Assembly (NCBI GenBank): GCA_045640225.1
Contig: JAZUEP010000063.1
Coordinates: 2,243-66,242 of the forward strand
DNA: 64,000 bases
Direction of reading: 5' to 3'
From: Bacteroidales bacterium
GTDB lineage: Bacteria > Bacteroidota > Bacteroidia > Bacteroidales > UBA3663
The translations under genes and the position numbers were made by a program. The stretch's first letter is position 1. The number at the start of each line of letters is the position of its first letter. The notes beneath the pieces were generated by a model, which was given only the letters and a program-made list of their open reading frames with translations, was not told the origin of the DNA and searched no databases. Shown here piece after piece: positions 43,831-52,653 of the stretch.

Positions 43831-46800
43831 TTATTCATCTCCCGCCATGCGGAACTCTAACTCATAATTTTTGATGAAGTCGGTTTCTTCTGGAGTGAGG
43901 CCATAAAGCGGACCAATGTAGTCGTCTATGCGATCGATGATGGCTTTTGACTTGACAATCTTGTATTCCTTGAATTCGGAAACATTGTATCTTGAATCTC
44001 CACTTGATTGCCTAACATTTGCATGTGCTTCGACATCATGTTGGTACTCATCGTAGAAATTGTTCAAAACATCGATTTGTTCATCGGTAAGATTTGGTAT
44101 GGTAAATGATAGAAGTTCATCACTCTTCCAATCCAAATTATTTGAGATTATCTGATAATACCAAAAAGAAAGGTTGCTGCTGAGTATACATCCAATGGCA
44201 TTAGCAAGTTTCTTTTCAAACAAGATTGCCTTCTCCTTGGTTGATCCTGTACTATAATTTGTTACAATTTTGAAGTACCTACCGCCTGTTGTTCTATAAT
44301 AAATAGGATCACCATCTTCGCGGACATATGAGGAAAGCATTGTTTTGTTCCACACCTTGTCAAGAATACGCTTCTCAGTTTCTAATCCTATTTTAGGTAT
44401 ACGACCAAACAACTTCAAATGCCCTAACACATTTGTAAATTGCAAGGTATCAATCAGCGCTTGCAGATCAAAGTCACGCCCTTTCCTGTGCATCTTTGTG
44501 GAAAGAAGTTGCTTACAAGGTGTCTTTGTCTTCTGAAACATAAGAATTGAAGTATTCACAACTGCATTCTTGAAAACCGGTTGAGGACGCACTGAGTATG
44601 AAGAAATCTTAATGCCTCGGCAGTTTTCGAGCAGCAGTTTATGGACACCAGAAAGAGAGTCACTCGAAGTCAACGAGATAGGCACAATATAAGTCATGAA
44701 TGCATCTTTGCGAAGGAGCCAGTAAGCCAATTCGATGAACATAGTATAAGAATCCATCGAACCTTTCTGTTTGCCTTTAATTGTTTTTGTCGTGTTATAG
44801 AACTTCTTCACTATGGCCTTATCATTTTCGCTTAACTTTGCTCCATACGGAGGATTGCCTATGACAATATCAAATCCATTTTTATCAGGATTAGTATTAT
44901 CAAAAGCATCTGAGAACATCACCTTGTAGTCAAAGAAAGGCAAACTCAACTTCGCTCTTTCCGCAAGACTAATTGTTTCATCATTCAAAAGAGCACGAAG
45001 CTGTTCTCCGGTTACGAGTATGTCTCGAAGATTCCCTTTCAATTGAGACTTGAGTTCCACATCTGGCTTACCGAATAACTCAGTTTGGACAGAATCGCCA
45101 CCTGCATTAATATCGGCAACAAGCTGAAGAGCCACAATGTTTAAGATGCAATGTTTGATATTGATAGAGCATTGTAGTTTATCATCTCCAGACAAATAGA
45201 AATATTGTTTTTGGAACTCACGCAGTTTTTGCTTTTCTTTACGAATAGCTTCAATCTTGCCATGGACTTGTCTGTCGCTGATATTTACATACTTTCCGTT
45301 AAAAGTCGTAAAGAGCGAATTTCCTTGCATAATCTTGTAATCAAGATTTGGTAGCACTTCTGGGGTTGCTTCGTCAACTACCAGTGTAAGCCAGAAACGA
45401 AGACGTGCAATATCAACAGCGCCTTTTTCAAGGTCAACGCCATAAATATTCTCTTGAATTATGTGACGCTTTATCTCTACCGAATTGTCGAAATTCTCAA
45501 TAGCACCACGGCAGAAGAACAGCTCTTTGAGTAGCCCCATTGGGAAAGCGCCAGAACCGATAGCAGGGTCACAAATCTTTATGCTTGCCAATCGTCTGTC
45601 AACCTCTTCAATAATATCTGCAGGCAATACATTTATATTATAAGAGGTAACAAACTCACGAATCTGCTCACGGTACTCTCGCGGGAAATCATTTTGTAAG
45701 TACGAGATAAGCGACTCCTTGCACATGTATCGTACAATCTCCTTCGGTGTGTAATATGCACCTTTGTCTTTGTTGTCTTCCAGCAGGTTTTCGAATATCT
45801 GTCCTAACATCTCAGGATCAATACCCACCTCGGCATCACTTGGATCATTCTCGTCGATGGTGAAGTTGTATTGATTGAACATCTTCAGCAATTCGCTGAA
45901 ATACTCTTTCGGGAATACTGTACGTACCTCATCGTCCTCATCACGACCAAATAAGCCGCCATTGAGGTAAGGGATTCGCAGGACGCCATTATTCGGAAAA
46001 TCCTTAATCTGAGTGTCGAAGATGTCACCGTTTGCGCTTCTGTCTGTATCAAGAGCTTCGTCAAATAGAGGCTCGAGTATTTCGTCGAGGAAGTTCTCCT
46101 GTTGTGCTTCTGTTGCCTGATGGAATAAGTTGTACATAAAGTTCTTGTCTCCATCATTCCAAGTCTTGCCAGGTTCCACGCCCATCCATCCTTTCTTTTG
46201 TAGGAAGTGCAGGAACACAATACGGCCAAGGAGCTTCTTTACATAATCGCGTACCCGCTTGTCGTCACGTCCGAAGTCTGCATACATTTGCGGATGAGGT
46301 TCGTGAAACACCTTTTCTTTCCAGCCGCCATCTTTCTTCACAAATTTCTTGCCAGTAATAAACATCACGAACTTCTCGTACTGATCCTTGTACTTCTTGA
46401 AGAACTCATCTGAGAGAGCCTCAACGTCGAAAGCCTTCACAATGTCGTCACGCTGCACATTACCTTTCTTGCCAAAAAGCTTCAAGAAGTTTTGTGCGGC
46501 GGTTCGACATGATTGACCTGGACCGAGAAGGAAAGTGTATCGTTTTGCTTCGGTAATGTTCTTATCGTCCTTCTGGCAGAACGAGAAACGCCAGTCGAGT
46601 TGCCAGTTATCCTTGTAGTGGAAGATGATGAAGGCAGAGGAATACGTGTTCATGATACGGCGAATGAGCTGCTGGATGCCCACACGATTGCGCTGCATCT
46701 GTACGCTGTCATTCACAGTTACGTCAAAGATGTCAATCGTAACATGACCAACGCTGACGGTACCATATTTGATAATATCTTTGATGCCAGTTCGTATAGC

Positions 46801-46953
46801 CATTCCCTGTAATTCCTCATCCTCGAGCACAGGCAGTTGCCACGCAGTTTCGTAATTCTCTTCGCCAAAGATAGGGAAAATAATGGTTTCGAGGAACGAC
46901 TCCTCGCCTTGATACTCACTGCTGAGATACGCTTGTAGTTTTTGCTCGTCCAT
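43831..46953 (-). CDS. Gamma-class N6-adenine DNA methyltransferase with specificity region (Eco57I/PglX-like large MTase)
   Basis: 1040 aa. Motif I ICDPAIGSGAFPMG precedes motif IV DIVIGNPPYG. A long C-terminal region is compatible with a TaqI-like TRD. The N-terminal ~350 aa lack an obvious E-x-K nuclease motif. Confidence 0.85.
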   Translation of the reverse strand: MDEQKLQAYLSSEYQGEESFLETIIFPIFGEENYETAWQLPVLEDEELQGMAIRTGIKDIIKYGTVSVGHVTIDIFDVTVNDSVQMQRNRVGIQQLIRRIMNTYSSAFIIFHYKDNWQLDWRFSFCQKDDKNITEAKRYTFLLGPGQSCRTAAQNFLKLFGKKGNVQRDDIVKAFDVEALSDEFFKKYKDQYEKFVMFITGKKFVKKDGGWKEKVFHEPHPQMYADFGRDDKRVRDYVKKLLGRIVFLHFLQKKGWMGVEPGKTWNDGDKNFMYNLFHQATEAQQENFLDEILEPLFDEALDTDRSANGDIFDTQIKDFPNNGVLRIPYLNGGLFGRDEDDEVRTVFPKEYFSELLKMFNQYNFTIDENDPSDAEVGIDPEMLGQIFENLLEDNKDKGAYYTPKEIVRYMCKESLISYLQNDFPREYREQIREFVTSYNINVLPADIIEEVDRRLASIKICDPAIGSGAFPMGLLKELFFCRGAIENFDNSVEIKRHIIQENIYGVDLEKGAVDIARLRFWLTLVVDEATPEVLPNLDYKIMQGNSLFTTFNGKYVNISDRQVHGKIEAIRKEKQKLREFQKQYFYLSGDDKLQCSINIKHCILNIVALQLVADINAGGDSVQTELFGKPDVELKSQLKGNLRDILVTGEQLRALLNDETISLAERAKLSLPFFDYKVMFSDAFDNTNPDKNGFDIVIGNPPYGAKLSENDKAIVKKFYNTTKTIKGKQKGSMDSYTMFIELAYWLLRKDAFMTYIVPISLTSSDSLSGVHKLLLENCRGIKISSYSVRPQPVFKNAVVNTSILMFQKTKTPCKQLLSTKMHRKGRDFDLQALIDTLQFTNVLGHLKLFGRIPKIGLETEKRILDKVWNKTMLSSYVREDGDPIYYRTTGGRYFKIVTNYSTGSTKEKAILFEKKLANAIGCILSSNLSFWYYQIISNNLDWKSDELLSFTIPNLTDEQIDVLNNFYDEYQHDVEAHANVRQSSGDSRYNVSEFKEYKIVKSKAIIDRIDDYIGPLYGLTPEETDFIKNYELEFRMAGDE

Positions 46954-46961
46954 AGCTTAAG

Positions 46962-49900
46962 TTATTTGGCAAGCGCAAGGTACACCTCGGGTACGCCTGT
47001 CTGCTTAGTTTGTTCTGAAACGATATTGTCTAACTTTCGGGCAATGATGCCATCTATTTCCTCTTGCGTAAGGACAAAGAGAGACTGCTGATCATCGTAC
47101 ACCTCCCGACCAATGGCATTGATAGTTCGGATAATATCAGAATTTCCCTTGTTCACCATTTGGAAGGCTGCATCGAGGAGATTCTGTGAGTGCTGGCTCA
47201 ACTGACCAGATTCACTCATCTTGACGATGACGCCCTTGGCGTTGGTTGCCGCCTTATCTTTCACCTTGTAGCTGTTGAGCTTTGCAAGGTGTTGGCCAAC
47301 GGTGCGGATAGCGGTACGACATTTTTGCTCCCAATCAGATGGGAGGTCGATACGAGGAGCGTCAGGTGCGGTAATGAAGTTTGGATAGAAGTCAATACCG
47401 GTGACAATCTTGCCCTTTCCTTCTGCATCGACACGAACGAAGAGACCTTTCATCTTTGGAGTGCGCACCACAAAGTACGCAGCACCATCAGCAGTTGTTG
47501 TTGCAAGCTGAAGGTCATCCTCCTTCTGGCAGATAGCCTCGTAGCGCAGAGGATTCGCATCACGATACTTCTTCAACTGATGGATGTATTGCTCGTATGG
47601 TGACTCCTCGCCATTGACAATGCCGTTGAGGTCGTAGTGTTCCACAGTTTCGTCCTCGGTGAACACCTTGCTGTCCTCTCCGAAAAGTGTATGGAACGAC
47701 TGAAGTTTGATGTGTGCTTTCTCTACCAATTGTATCTGCTGGTCTCCTTGGGCACTTGGCATGAAGTTATAAACGTAAACGTATGGCTCGCTGGAGCCGA
47801 TGCGGTTCACGCGGCCGATGCGCTGCATCAGGCGTGTTGAGTTCCATGGGGTATCATAGTTCAGGATGCAGTTGGCGCGATGCAGGTTGATACCCTCGGC
47901 AAGTACCTCGGTGGTGATGATAATCTGATAGTCATTCTTCCACTCACCCTTGTAGTTGGCATCGAAGTTCTCTTGAATCTTCTGTTGCATCTCATCGCGA
48001 TTAGCAGCTGTGATAGCCAGCGTCCTATTCTTGAATCCCTTATTTTCGCAGACACGCTTCAAGGTATTGACCGTATCAATCGCTTCGGAGAAGATAACAA
48101 GCTTCTGTGGACGGTTGCGTTCGGCGTTGAATAGTACAGGCTTCAATGCCTCCTTGAACTCATCGAGCTTAGGATCCTCCGAGTTCTTTGCCCAACGGTC
48201 ATAGAGGTTGCAAATGAGCTCGTAATCAGTCTTCAGAAGTTCGATGTAGGCGGGATTGAAAGCGTCGCGAGTGTATTCGGCATTCTGCTCTTTTTCGTTC
48301 TTGCCCTTTTCTGTGAGCTTCTTGATACGGGCACGTATGTCATCGGCGCATTCGGCAAACGTCACCTTGTGTCCACGCTTCTCAGTCTTAGCCTTCTCGT
48401 CAAGTTCGGCATTCACGTCAAACTGCGGACAGATAAAGATGGCGTTGTTCTCCCACATGCGAATCATGTTGGCTGTGTAATTACGGAGATTGAGAAGTGA
48501 CTGCGTGAAGGCGGAGAATGAACTTTCGAGCCGCTTTACAAGCAGAATCTGCATGATCTTGGCAAGCTGTTCGCCCACCTTCTCGGGGTCACGCGAACCA
48601 CGACCCTGATACTTCTGTAGATCCTCAGGCTTAGTGAGATATTGGATGGCACGATAGCGGTAGTAGCAAAGGTAGTCGGAGTTGTTGAACTTGAAATCAG
48701 GCGTTGGCGAAATCAGGTTCATGGTGTCGGCAAAGAGCTGAGCCAGTTGGTCATCCATCTTGTACTTGAGGCTGTGGGGACCACTGATGGCTGGGAATAC
48801 CAAATGCTGTTTCTCCATGTCTGCGGCATAGTACTTTTTGATGTCGGTACGAGTGCGACGAACCAGCATATCGCACAGAACGGCATCGCGTATGGTGGCA
48901 GAAATTTTCTTGAAGGCTTCGTTGATTTCCTCCAGACACTGTTCGTCCTCAGGTGTCTTGATGGGTTTTGCGGAAATTTCGCTTGCCTCCTTGCGGAGTG
49001 CGAGGTATTCGGCCATTATGCCAGAGAAGAACGCTTCAAGATTGCGACCGTCCACCTTTTCGAGGGTGCAGTACTGATGGTTGCGTTCGAAGAGGTAAAT
49101 CTGATTCTTCAGGTCGTTTGGCGTATTGTTCTGTGGAGTAGCAGAGAGAAGACCGATGTAGGGATAGTTGCCCGTGCTGGCACCAATCTGAGCAATGAGG
49201 TCATCAAGGGCGTTGTACATCTGTGTGCCACTATTGCGGAACTTATGGCTCTCGTCAATGATGATAAGGCCGTAGTTGTGATACTCCAAATTGCCCTCAA
49301 ACTCCCCGCTATCAGTATCCGCATCTTCGTCATCTTCTACGAGATTACCGATTGATCCTGTGGTGATAAAGTCGATGAGCGGTTCTATCTGATCATCGCT
49401 ATCCTTATCAAATTCGCGAATGGTATCAACCCAAGCCTTCTTGATGGCAGGAGGCGTGACGATGAGCACTTTGCGTTCACGACCGTCATCTGGATAGTTG
49501 AGGAAATACTTTATGACGAGCGTACCCACGATGGTTTTGCCCAATCCTACTACATCGGCAAGCATAAAACCGCCATGTGCCTTCATGATGCCGAAGCATT
49601 GCTTCACGGCATCCATCTGGTATTCGAGTGGCGAGAAGTCCTTGGGCAGGTAGCTGGAGATGACCTGCGTGGTATCGACATCCAGAAGGTCACCAAACTT
49701 GTATTGCAGAAGTTTGAGGTAGAGTTCGTAGGGAGTGAGAGGTGCAGAGAGTTCCTTCTGCTTCTCTTTCTCTATCTTTTCGACAGGTTTAGAAGGCTGA
49801 AGTATTTGCTCCAGGAACTCTTGGGTCCAATCCTTTGAGAGAGCCCATTTCTCTTCGAACCATGTGATATGACCTTTTCTTGTAGGCTTCAATTCGGCAT

Positions 49901-50555
49901 TGATCATGTATGGATCGTTCTCCAGCACATTCAATTCAGCGTTTCCTATCAGTCCTTTTTCGGTGAAGTTACTACTGCCTACGATTGCATACATAGGTTT
50001 GTCGTCATCGTCTGACGAGGTGAAGATATAGCATTTGCTGTGCAAGAACTGTTTCTCGCCAGTCTCATCATCTTCGAGAATGTGAATCTCGATTTTCGGT
50101 TTGTCTTCTTCATCGTACATTACCTCAGTTTTGCACACTAACGGAGCGTCATAATGATGTATGGCATCGTTGTCACAGAACTTCAGTAGCAGGTCAATGA
50201 CGTTTCTGTACTCTTCCTTCAAGTTGTCGGCCAGATCATTGATACTTGTTTTGATGAAGTCTTGAGGATAGTTCTTGCTGTCCTTGAACTTTGGTTCCTT
50301 CAAGAGTTTGGCATAGACATACGGATCCTTGCCAATAAGCAACTTGAGTTTAGAATCAGGTCGCTGTAGGAAAGCCGTAAGCTCATCTACGACCAATGCC
50401 ATACCTGGTATATCCCAATAGCCTGTGGCTATACGGATAGTGTTGATCTCTGGATTGGATATACACTCTTTGAATGCATTAACCATCAGCAGATTCTCAC
50501 TGTTGTCAATTAGTGTTTTATTCATATAACAAAGATTAGATAATTCCAGCATCAC
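46962..50555 (-). CDS. PLD-nuclease / SNF2-family helicase fusion protein
   Basis: 1197 aa. HKD-like motif FLHSKCYIF...IVGSSNFTEKGL. Helicase motifs DVVGLGKTIVG (I), IIIDESHKFRN (II), LLSATPQNN (III) and QRIGRVNRIGS (VI). An alternative start is at MNKTLIDN (50525). Confidence 0.88.
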   Translation of the reverse strand: MMLELSNLCYMNKTLIDNSENLLMVNAFKECISNPEINTIRIATGYWDIPGMALVVDELTAFLQRPDSKLKLLIGKDPYVYAKLLKEPKFKDSKNYPQDFIKTSINDLADNLKEEYRNVIDLLLKFCDNDAIHHYDAPLVCKTEVMYDEEDKPKIEIHILEDDETGEKQFLHSKCYIFTSSDDDDKPMYAIVGSSNFTEKGLIGNAELNVLENDPYMINAELKPTRKGHITWFEEKWALSKDWTQEFLEQILQPSKPVEKIEKEKQKELSAPLTPYELYLKLLQYKFGDLLDVDTTQVISSYLPKDFSPLEYQMDAVKQCFGIMKAHGGFMLADVVGLGKTIVGTLVIKYFLNYPDDGRERKVLIVTPPAIKKAWVDTIREFDKDSDDQIEPLIDFITTGSIGNLVEDDEDADTDSGEFEGNLEYHNYGLIIIDESHKFRNSGTQMYNALDDLIAQIGASTGNYPYIGLLSATPQNNTPNDLKNQIYLFERNHQYCTLEKVDGRNLEAFFSGIMAEYLALRKEASEISAKPIKTPEDEQCLEEINEAFKKISATIRDAVLCDMLVRRTRTDIKKYYAADMEKQHLVFPAISGPHSLKYKMDDQLAQLFADTMNLISPTPDFKFNNSDYLCYYRYRAIQYLTKPEDLQKYQGRGSRDPEKVGEQLAKIMQILLVKRLESSFSAFTQSLLNLRNYTANMIRMWENNAIFICPQFDVNAELDEKAKTEKRGHKVTFAECADDIRARIKKLTEKGKNEKEQNAEYTRDAFNPAYIELLKTDYELICNLYDRWAKNSEDPKLDEFKEALKPVLFNAERNRPQKLVIFSEAIDTVNTLKRVCENKGFKNRTLAITAANRDEMQQKIQENFDANYKGEWKNDYQIIITTEVLAEGINLHRANCILNYDTPWNSTRLMQRIGRVNRIGSSEPYVYVYNFMPSAQGDQQIQLVEKAHIKLQSFHTLFGEDSKVFTEDETVEHYDLNGIVNGEESPYEQYIHQLKKYRDANPLRYEAICQKEDDLQLATTTADGAAYFVVRTPKMKGLFVRVDAEGKGKIVTGIDFYPNFITAPDAPRIDLPSDWEQKCRTAIRTVGQHLAKLNSYKVKDKAATNAKGVIVKMSESGQLSQHSQNLLDAAFQMVNKGNSDIIRTINAIGREVYDDQQSLFVLTQEEIDGIIARKLDNIVSEQTKQTGVPEVYLALAK

Positions 50556-50640
50556 GATGGAACTATCTAATCAATCTGCGTATGGCTTGTGTGTAATGGC
50601 TCGAAGCGGAAAGGACACAAAAAGAGTGTGAACCCTTCTT

Positions 50641-50834
50641 GTGGTATTCCGAGGCTAGCGTCCCTTCTGAACCTCATCCCCTACAAGAACAATGCTCACA
50701 CCCAAAGGTGCAAGCATCAACTATTTTTGCAGGGGATGTTGGCTCAAAGGACGTTTGTCTATAAACGCCAAAGCCAACCATCATTGATGTGGTGTTATTC
50801 AGAATAATATTTGGGACGCTATTCGGAATACCAC
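50641..50834. repeat. Imperfect ~22-bp inverted repeats flanking a 148-bp internally structured segment that carries a plus-strand -7 box
   Basis: GTGGTATTCCGAggcTAGCGTCCC (50641-50664) versus the reverse complement of 50813-50834 (GTGGTATTCCGAaTAGCGTCCC). Nested hairpins lie inside. TATTTTTG at 50722-50729 points away from the operon. Confidence 0.8.
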
Positions 50835-50928
50835 AATGATAGTCTGATGCTGTTGTATGTATTATGTCAGTTAGTTTGTCTCTGTGTCGGTTTGTGATTT
50901 GAGATTTTGAGATGTTTGTTATCGACGG

Positions 50929-50960
50929 CAAAAATACGGCTTTTTCGCGATATTACCAAA
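50929..50960 (-). promoter_or_regulatory. Predicted promoter upstream of the PLD-SNF2 operon
   Basis: On the minus strand: TTTG (50960-50957), 20 nt, TATTTTTG (50936-50929). This implies a 5' leader of about 370 nt running through the IR-flanked segment. Confidence 0.5.
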
Positions 50961-51315
50961 TAAATAAGGCACGAAATGGTCGGAATGGCCGTTTTATCCG
51001 TATTTGAGCGCACAAAAGTGGCTATCTGATGCAAAAAATCGCGCACGAAATGACGATTTGATGCGAAACGGGCTCAAATATAAAAGAGGCATCGACCGCG
51101 CGAAAAAATTCAAAAAAACGGCCAAAACTCTCTCAAAAAGGCACCAACCCCGTTGGATAAGGGTGGTAGCACCCCGGCAGCCCCCCTTCGTCTCACTATT
51201 TCGGTCTTCTTCCTCCTACGACGACCAGCCCCTTCTCTTTTTCCTCGTTCTTCTCTCTTTACTCTCTTCCCTCTTACTTCGTTTAGTTAATAGTATGACA
51301 TAATGAACCAATACA

Positions 51316-52197
51316 TCAATCGTACAGGGCATGAAGATCGGTCTGGCTGAGGGTTTGGCCAGGACGGAGCGAGATGCATGGACGACGACGAGAATGGTGC
51401 TTGTAGATGATGTGCACGAAGCAATGGCGCAGGGAGGACTGCATGATGACATAGTCGTTGCAGCGACGCGAGAATCCTGCCGTGCCGATTACGATAGTGA
51501 TACGTGGATCGACAGTGGTGGCATGGTTGAGGTCGTCGCAACGACGCTCAAGGGGATGCTGTATCACCTGGAGGTCGCCCGACTTCATTGCACTTTGCGT
51601 CATGCGGATTACGGTACGCGGACAGCGACCTGTTACTTCGGACAGATAGGGGACGGAAAGAACCTTACGGGCCGCATGAGATGCGTTACCCTTGAGGGGG
51701 CAACCCTTCGTTTGTAACTCGTCGGCTCGGCTCTTAGCGCTGATAGGTGCCAGCAGTAGCAGGTGGCGCATCTCCTTCTCGATAGCGGTGACGCGTATGT
51801 TGTGGTGTGTACGCAGTGTGACCTTGGCAGCTACCATACAGGGGCTGACGTAGCGTTGCTGATGGTGGCTGAAGGTTGCGGTATAGGTATAATGACGTTT
51901 ATAGGACGTTGCTGTGATGTGGATGGTGCCATCGGGACGATAATCAACACGGAACAGGGCGTGACCACCCTTGATGGCATCGAGCAGCCGGAGTGCCTTG
52001 TAATGGCTGATGTGGAAGTCGTTGCGGAACTGATGAAGGCTCCGGAAGACATAACAGCTGCTGGGCGACCACGTCTTGATGGCTACGGACAATGCCACAA
52101 GGCTCCACCACAGTCCGTCGTGACGGGCCAATTGGAGGAGCTGCAGAGGCACATTGATGTGCGACTGCATAACGACTTTCGAGGCATCTTGAAGCAT
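51316..52197 (-). CDS. Hypothetical protein, possibly winged-helix or replication-initiator-like
   Basis: 293 aa in host-like GC. TAACTTTG -7 box at 52253-52246. Possible HTH VPYLSEVTGRCPRTVIRMTQSAM. The Rep-like idea rests only on the adjacent iteron-like array. Confidence 0.55.
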   Translation of the reverse strand: MLQDASKVVMQSHINVPLQLLQLARHDGLWWSLVALSVAIKTWSPSSCYVFRSLHQFRNDFHISHYKALRLLDAIKGGHALFRVDYRPDGTIHITATSYKRHYTYTATFSHHQQRYVSPCMVAAKVTLRTHHNIRVTAIEKEMRHLLLLAPISAKSRADELQTKGCPLKGNASHAARKVLSVPYLSEVTGRCPRTVIRMTQSAMKSGDLQVIQHPLERRCDDLNHATTVDPRITIVIGTAGFSRRCNDYVIMQSSLRHCFVHIIYKHHSRRRPCISLRPGQTLSQTDLHALYD

Positions 52198-52396
52198 TGT
52201 AGGAGGTCAGTTAAAGGTGGTTTCGCCCTATTCGTTTTTGCGCTGCAAAGTTACGGATTTTTTTCGAAATTTCCAAATTTTTCAGACTCTTTTTTTACGC
52301 AAAAAAACGTTTTTTTTCGACAAAATTCCGTATCGGGAAATCTCAGATCTCGGAAGTGCATTCTGCCAGAAAAAAGGCCTTCCGAGATTTGTGGAA

Positions 52397-52601
52397 GCGT
52401 GTCTGGCCAGAAGAATACGCTCTATAAAAACGAGGAAGCATGTCTGGCCAGAAAAATGCGCTCTATAAAAACGAGGAAGCGTGTCTGGCCAGAAAAATGG
52501 ACTATAACAAAACGAGGAAGAGCAATTCGCCAGAAAAATGCGCCATATAAAAACGGGGAAGAGCAGTTGGCAAAAAAAAAGCGCCTCCTCGCAGCGAGGA
52601 A
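52397..52601. repeat. Five tandem 41-bp repeats (iteron-like array)
   Basis: Units 52397-52437, 52438-52478, 52479-52519, 52520-52560 and 52561-52601 (GCGTGTCTGGCCAGAARAATRCGCTCTATAAAAACGAGGAA, degenerating rightwards). A partial unit lies further left near 52356. Confidence 0.85.
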
Positions 52602-52653
52602 GCGCAATCAGCGGACGGAATAGACTCCCTCGGAGCGAGGAGAGTCAAACTGA

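Noticed and set aside
42668-50555. Canonical DISARM or BREX classification of the PLD-SNF2/MTase operon
   Set aside because: The DISARM core DrmA and DrmB (DUF1998) and the BREX core PglZ/BrxC are not present in the window. Only component-level resemblance remains.
34950-50960. Integron, ICE or prophage origin of the island
   Set aside because: There are no intI or tyrosine/serine recombinase genes, no attC-like sites beyond the module-A hairpins, no conjugation or mobilisation genes and no phage structural genes. No tRNA lies at either border.
51004-51303. 99-aa ORF and the ~110-nt polypyrimidine tract (51181-51290); also the purine-rich tract at about 421-480
   Set aside because: The ORF's C-terminus is just the translated CT-tract (SSLLLRL-type). 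The tracts are noted as composition oddities only, and I cannot attach a function to them.
52397-52601. CRISPR array
   Set aside because: The 41-bp units are directly adjacent with no unique spacers. They are degenerate rather than conserved, and no cas genes are present. The array was called a tandem or iteron-like repeat instead.
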